A stretch of 64,000 bases of DNA from Vulcanimicrobiota bacterium (lineage in GTDB: Bacteria > Vulcanimicrobiota > Vulcanimicrobiia > Vulcanimicrobiales > Vulcanimicrobiaceae): NCBI GenBank assembly GCA_963812155.1, contig CAWETW010000003.1:1216001-1280000 (forward strand), read 5' to 3'. The stretch's first letter is position 1. Every line of letters begins with the position of its first letter. The notes beneath the pieces are model-generated. The model was not told the origin of the DNA. It saw only the letters and a list, made by a program, of their open reading frames with translations, and ran no database searches. A program made the translations under genes and the position numbers. Positions 60,633 through 64,000 of the stretch are shown here, one piece after another.

Positions 60633-60680
60633 CGTCCTTCGACTGCGCATCGCTGCGCGATGCTTCGCTCAGGATGACAC
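60633..60680 (+). repeat. REP-like interspersed repeat, copy 3 (long)
   Basis: CGTCCTTCGACTGCGCATCGCTGCGCGATGCTTCGCTCAGGATGACAC. Confidence 0.75.
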
Positions 60681-60715
60681 CAAACGGAAGATCCGCTCGG
60701 CAACCACGCGTCGTG

Positions 60716-61474
60716 CTACTGCGGTGAGGGCGAAGAAGGCGGAGAAGGTGAAGGGCGCGGCGTGCCGGCGAGGCGAGGGTCGGGCGCTTCGGAGGGAAAC
60801 GCGATGTCGCTGAACGTGACGTCGGCGACGACTTTGAAGGTGAGAAAGACGGCGTGCTCCGTCGCGCTAAACGTGCCGTGCGTGATAACCCAGTGTCCCT
60901 GGATGACGTGGTAGTCGAGCGAGATGGTTTCATCGTCGCCCCCGGTGACGCGTATTTCGATGTGCGACGGCAGATGGGTCTGCGCGTCTTCGACGACTTC
61001 GCTCGGATAGAAACCGGTGACGCGATGCGTCGGGTCGATAAGCAGGTGGATTGCGGCTTCGGTCGAGTCGGCAGCGTAGCGCGAGTTCCAGTAACTGTTG
61101 TACGGCACGACGACGTTCACGCCCGTATCGGGCGGTGGCGTCGCCAGATAGAGCGGTTGTCCGCGCTGAACCGTGATGTCGACGCGTTTGAGATTGGCGA
61201 AGTAGCTGAATTGAAACGCCGACAACGGATCGAAATACGCGATGATTGGAAAAGCCTGCCCGGTACGGCTTCCTCCGTTGGGCAGATCCTGCATTACGGC
61301 GAAGTTGTCGGCAACGCGCACGGCGACCGAACGATTGATGTCCTGCGCGCGCCCCAGCCCCGCAGCCGTCACGTGGGTGCGTTCGGTGTACGTCATGTAC
61401 TGCGGCGGGTTCGCCTGGTAGTACTGGCTCGTGCGATTGATGAGAATGGCGAAGGCAAGGTCGGCGGGTATCAT
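60716..61474 (-). CDS. hypothetical protein with Pro/Ser tail (probably exported)
   Basis: SD GAGGGAG before ATG; coding-like composition; ends [23 protein letters not shown]. Confidence 0.7.
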   Translation of the reverse strand: MIPADLAFAILINRTSQYYQANPPQYMTYTERTHVTAAGLGRAQDINRSVAVRVADNFAVMQDLPNGGSRTGQAFPIIAYFDPLSAFQFSYFANLKRVDITVQRGQPLYLATPPPDTGVNVVVPYNSYWNSRYAADSTEAAIHLLIDPTHRVTGFYPSEVVEDAQTHLPSHIEIRVTGGDDETISLDYHVIQGHWVITHGTFSATEHAVFLTFKVVADVTFSDIAFPSEAPDPRLAGTPRPSPSPPSSPSPQ

Positions 61475-61532
61475 CGTCGGCGCTCCCTCTTCGCGGGCGG
61501 GAACGCCGGTACCGCCGCCTAACCTTCGCGCG

Positions 61533-62708
61533 ATGGCCGTCGAAGCAAAAGATTCCTTGGCCGCGCGCGTGGTCGAGCTGCGGCGCGCCATCCACCGGCG
61601 GCCGGAGTTGGGCTTCGAGGAGCACGAGACCGCCGCGCTCATCGAGCGGGAACTGACGGCGCTCGGCATCGAGCATCGCCGCGTCGCGCAGACCGGAGTC
61701 GTCGGCATCGTGCGCGGCGAACGTCCGGGCCGCGTCGCGGCACTGCGTGCCGATATGGACGCATTGCCGATCGGCGAACGCAGCGGATTGCCGTTCGCTT
61801 CGGAAATCGCAGGAAGGATGCACGCCTGCGGGCACGACGCCCACGTGGCGATGCTGTTGGGAGCGGCGCGCGTGCTTGCGTCGCGACGAACGGCCCTTGC
61901 GGGCACCGTCGTGCTGATTTTTCAACCGGCCGAGGAAGGGCCGGGCGGGGCGCAACCGATGATCGAGCAAGGCGTGCTCGACGATCCAAAAGTCGATGCG
62001 ATCGCGATGCTTCACGTCGACGTGCGCTTGGAAGCAGGCACGATCGGCATCACGCCGGGTCCGGTGAACGCCGCGGCGGACGAACTCTATATCACCGTAC
62101 GCGGCAAGGGCGGCCACGGCGCCTACCCGCACACGGCCGTCGATGCCGTGCCGGCAGCGGCGGCGTTGATTTTGGCGCTGCAGAACGTGGCGGCGCGCGA
62201 AACCGACCCGCTGGAGAGCGTCGTCGTGACGATCGGAACGCTGGCGGGCGGCTATCGCAACAACGTGATCGCCGACGCCGTCGAAATGTCGGGAACGATC
62301 CGTACGTTCGATGCCGCGTTGCGCGACACGGTGCACGAGCGCGTCGAACGCATTGCCGGCGGCGTCGCGCGCGCGTACGGCGTTGCCGCGGACGTGCGTA
62401 TCGTGCGTGGATATCCGCCGGTCGTCAACGACGCGGCGCTCGCAGAAAGCGCGACGAAATACATTGCCGCGCACACCGGCGTGCACGTCGTCGCGGCGCG
62501 CCCCACGATGGGTGCTGAAGATTTCGCCTATTTTGCGCAGCGCGTACCGGGGTTGCAGATTCGTTTGGGCGTGCGCGGCGAACGTGCCGGCGCAATACAT
62601 CCCGGCCATAGCGCGGAGTTTCGCATCGACGAAGACGCGTTGACCGTGGGCGTGGAATCGCTCGTCGCCTTCGCGACCGGCGCGGGCAACGGGGACATTG
62701 GTGCATAA
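61533..62708 (+). CDS. M20D amidohydrolase
   Basis: [46 protein letters not shown]. Confidence 0.94.
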   Translation: MAVEAKDSLAARVVELRRAIHRRPELGFEEHETAALIERELTALGIEHRRVAQTGVVGIVRGERPGRVAALRADMDALPIGERSGLPFASEIAGRMHACGHDAHVAMLLGAARVLASRRTALAGTVVLIFQPAEEGPGGAQPMIEQGVLDDPKVDAIAMLHVDVRLEAGTIGITPGPVNAAADELYITVRGKGGHGAYPHTAVDAVPAAAALILALQNVAARETDPLESVVVTIGTLAGGYRNNVIADAVEMSGTIRTFDAALRDTVHERVERIAGGVARAYGVAADVRIVRGYPPVVNDAALAESATKYIAAHTGVHVVAARPTMGAEDFAYFAQRVPGLQIRLGVRGERAGAIHPGHSAEFRIDEDALTVGVESLVAFATGAGNGDIGA

Positions 62709-62776
62709 CCATCCACAATCGGGTGGATGAATTGCATCGGCAGGTTTCGCAATGGCCCCGGCGAAGGCGCGCGAAC

Positions 62777-63280
62777 ATGGCTGTAGCGAGCGATCCCTAT
62801 ACCATTTCAGGACGCCGCCCGCTCTACGCGAGTCTCGAAGTCGATAGCAGCGCCGAAGAGGCGTTCGGCTTGTTGTGCGCGGTAGAGAAGTGGCCGGTGT
62901 GGCTCTCCTTTTTGCGCAGCGCACGACTCGTACATTCGAAGCAACCAATCGGTGTCGGCAGCGAAGTCGTCATTCGCTCGTCGGTTTCCGGCGAAGAAGA
63001 GCAGCTCTACGAAGTCGACGCGTTCATGACGAACTATCACCTTTCGCTGGTCGGCGCGTACTCCGTGCGGCGGCGTCTCGACTTTCGCATCGAGCGGCGC
63101 ACGTCGTGCTCTCGCGTGCACGTCCGCCTAGCCTATCCCGCGTACCACGGGCGTTTTGGGGCACTGGTCGACGACTGGCGGCGCGGCCGCAAATTGGCGG
63201 CGGCGCTGGAGGATGCGCTGATCCACTTCAAGGGACTCGTGGAATTTCGCCGGGACGGACCGGCGCTCGCCGATCTCTAG
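62777..63280 (+). CDS. SRPBCC/polyketide cyclase-like protein
   Basis: AEEAFGLLCAVEKWPVW, IGVGS, C-terminal helix ALIHFKGLVE. Confidence 0.75.
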   Translation: MAVASDPYTISGRRPLYASLEVDSSAEEAFGLLCAVEKWPVWLSFLRSARLVHSKQPIGVGSEVVIRSSVSGEEEQLYEVDAFMTNYHLSLVGAYSVRRRLDFRIERRTSCSRVHVRLAYPAYHGRFGALVDDWRRGRKLAAALEDALIHFKGLVEFRRDGPALADL

Positions 63281-63307
63281 CCGGCGCGCTCGTTGGCCTG
63301 GCAGTCG

Positions 63308-63337
63308 TTGACCTAGAGTGCTAAATATGGGTATACT
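63308..63337 (+). promoter_or_regulatory. sigma70-type promoter for the FmdB gene
   Basis: TTGACC-N18-TATACT, 11 nt upstream of ATG. Confidence 0.6.
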
Positions 63338-63348
63338 GCCCTAGAACC

Positions 63349-63666
63349 ATGCCGCTCTACGACTACAAATGCGCCCAATGCGGAAAGGTCACCGAGGTCC
63401 GCCACGGCTTCGACGACGGCTTTGATTCGCCGTGTCCGGCCTGCGGCGGCGCGCTCTCGCGCGTCTTCAATCCGGCGTCGATCGTCTTCAAGGGTTCGGG
63501 TTTCTACGTCACCGACTCGCGTAAGAAGAGCGCAGCGTCGGAGCCTAAGACCGCCGACGCGCCGTCCGTAAAGACTTCGGAACCAAAGACTGAATCGAAA
63601 ACGGAATCCAAGCCGGCTCCAGCCGAGAAAAAGGCGGACGCCAAACCGGCAGACTCGGCGGCGTAG
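63349..63666 (+). CDS. FmdB-family zinc ribbon protein
   Basis: MPLYDYKCAQCG, CPACGG, IVFKGSGFYVTD, low-complexity tail. Confidence 0.93.
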   Translation: MPLYDYKCAQCGKVTEVRHGFDDGFDSPCPACGGALSRVFNPASIVFKGSGFYVTDSRKKSAASEPKTADAPSVKTSEPKTESKTESKPAPAEKKADAKPADSAA

Positions 63667-63675
63667 GCGGCTTCC

Positions 63676-64000
63676 GTGCTTTGGCTGATTCCGGCCGTCT
63701 GCTCCCTTGCCGCACTCGGTTGCATCGTCGCGGGTATCCTGCCGCTGCTCCGCGCGAAGCACACGCTCGACGCCCATACCGAACGCTTGCAGGCGGCGTT
63801 GCCGGTCGCCGTGGTCGACGGCGCGCGTCTACGTGCCGCGCTCGCCCGGCTCGACGCAACGTCGGCTGCAGCCCAAGCCGAAACCGCTCGTATCGGCGCT
63901 GCGGTGCGCCGGATTGCCGAAAGCGCGAGCGACTTGCGCCTGCGTGAAGCCGTGCTTGCGTTGCGGCTGGCCGGTGCGGCCTTGCGGACGCTCCGTTCGC
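63676..64000 (+). CDS. membrane-anchored hypothetical protein (runs off window)
   Basis: GTG start, MLWLIPAVCSLAALGCIVAGILPLLR.. followed by Ala-rich helical region, open to window end. Confidence 0.6.
   Translation, partial: MLWLIPAVCSLAALGCIVAGILPLLRAKHTLDAHTERLQAALPVAVVDGARLRAALARLDATSAAAQAETARIGAAVRRIAESASDLRLREAVLALRLAGAALRTLRS

Overview
64 kb of high-GC bacterial core chromosome. Firmicute-like gene order (rpsU-yqeY-nfeD-floA-phoH-ybeY-dgkA-recO, ruvX-mltG-DUF1292, amj) occurs alongside a TonB-dependent receptor and Pro-rich secreted proteins, which suggests a diderm Terrabacteria lineage such as Ca. Eremiobacterota/Vulcanimicrobiota (inference). It contains the uppS-cdsA-dxr-rseP-ispG cluster (riddled with frameshifts in the first 5.2 kb, probably assembly error), proS, a GT-C/GtrA glycosylation cluster, a glpX-lpd-glutaminase-nadE-sirC-cinA operon, a RES-Xre toxin-antitoxin pair, metY, leuCD, rpmE-prfA-prmC-pyrG, five tRNAs and tadA. 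The best candidates for something new are: (1) a His/Cys-bearing membrane leader ORF ending in an RGPP ribosome-arrest-like motif directly upstream of a TonB-dependent receptor, with a pairing that could occlude the receptor's SD; (2) a luciferase-less luxE-like/luxC-like pair coupled to a class III aminotransferase and a Gfo/Idh/MocA oxidoreductase (possible acid-to-aldehyde-to-amine pathway); (3) three conserved genes that seem to need non-canonical starts (ACG/ATT/CTG); (4) a recurring sigmaH-like motif in front of SD-less genes; (5) a tRNA-Ser-derived direct+inverted repeat mini-element and a three-copy REP-like repeat. No CRISPR array, rRNA, transposase or prophage was seen.
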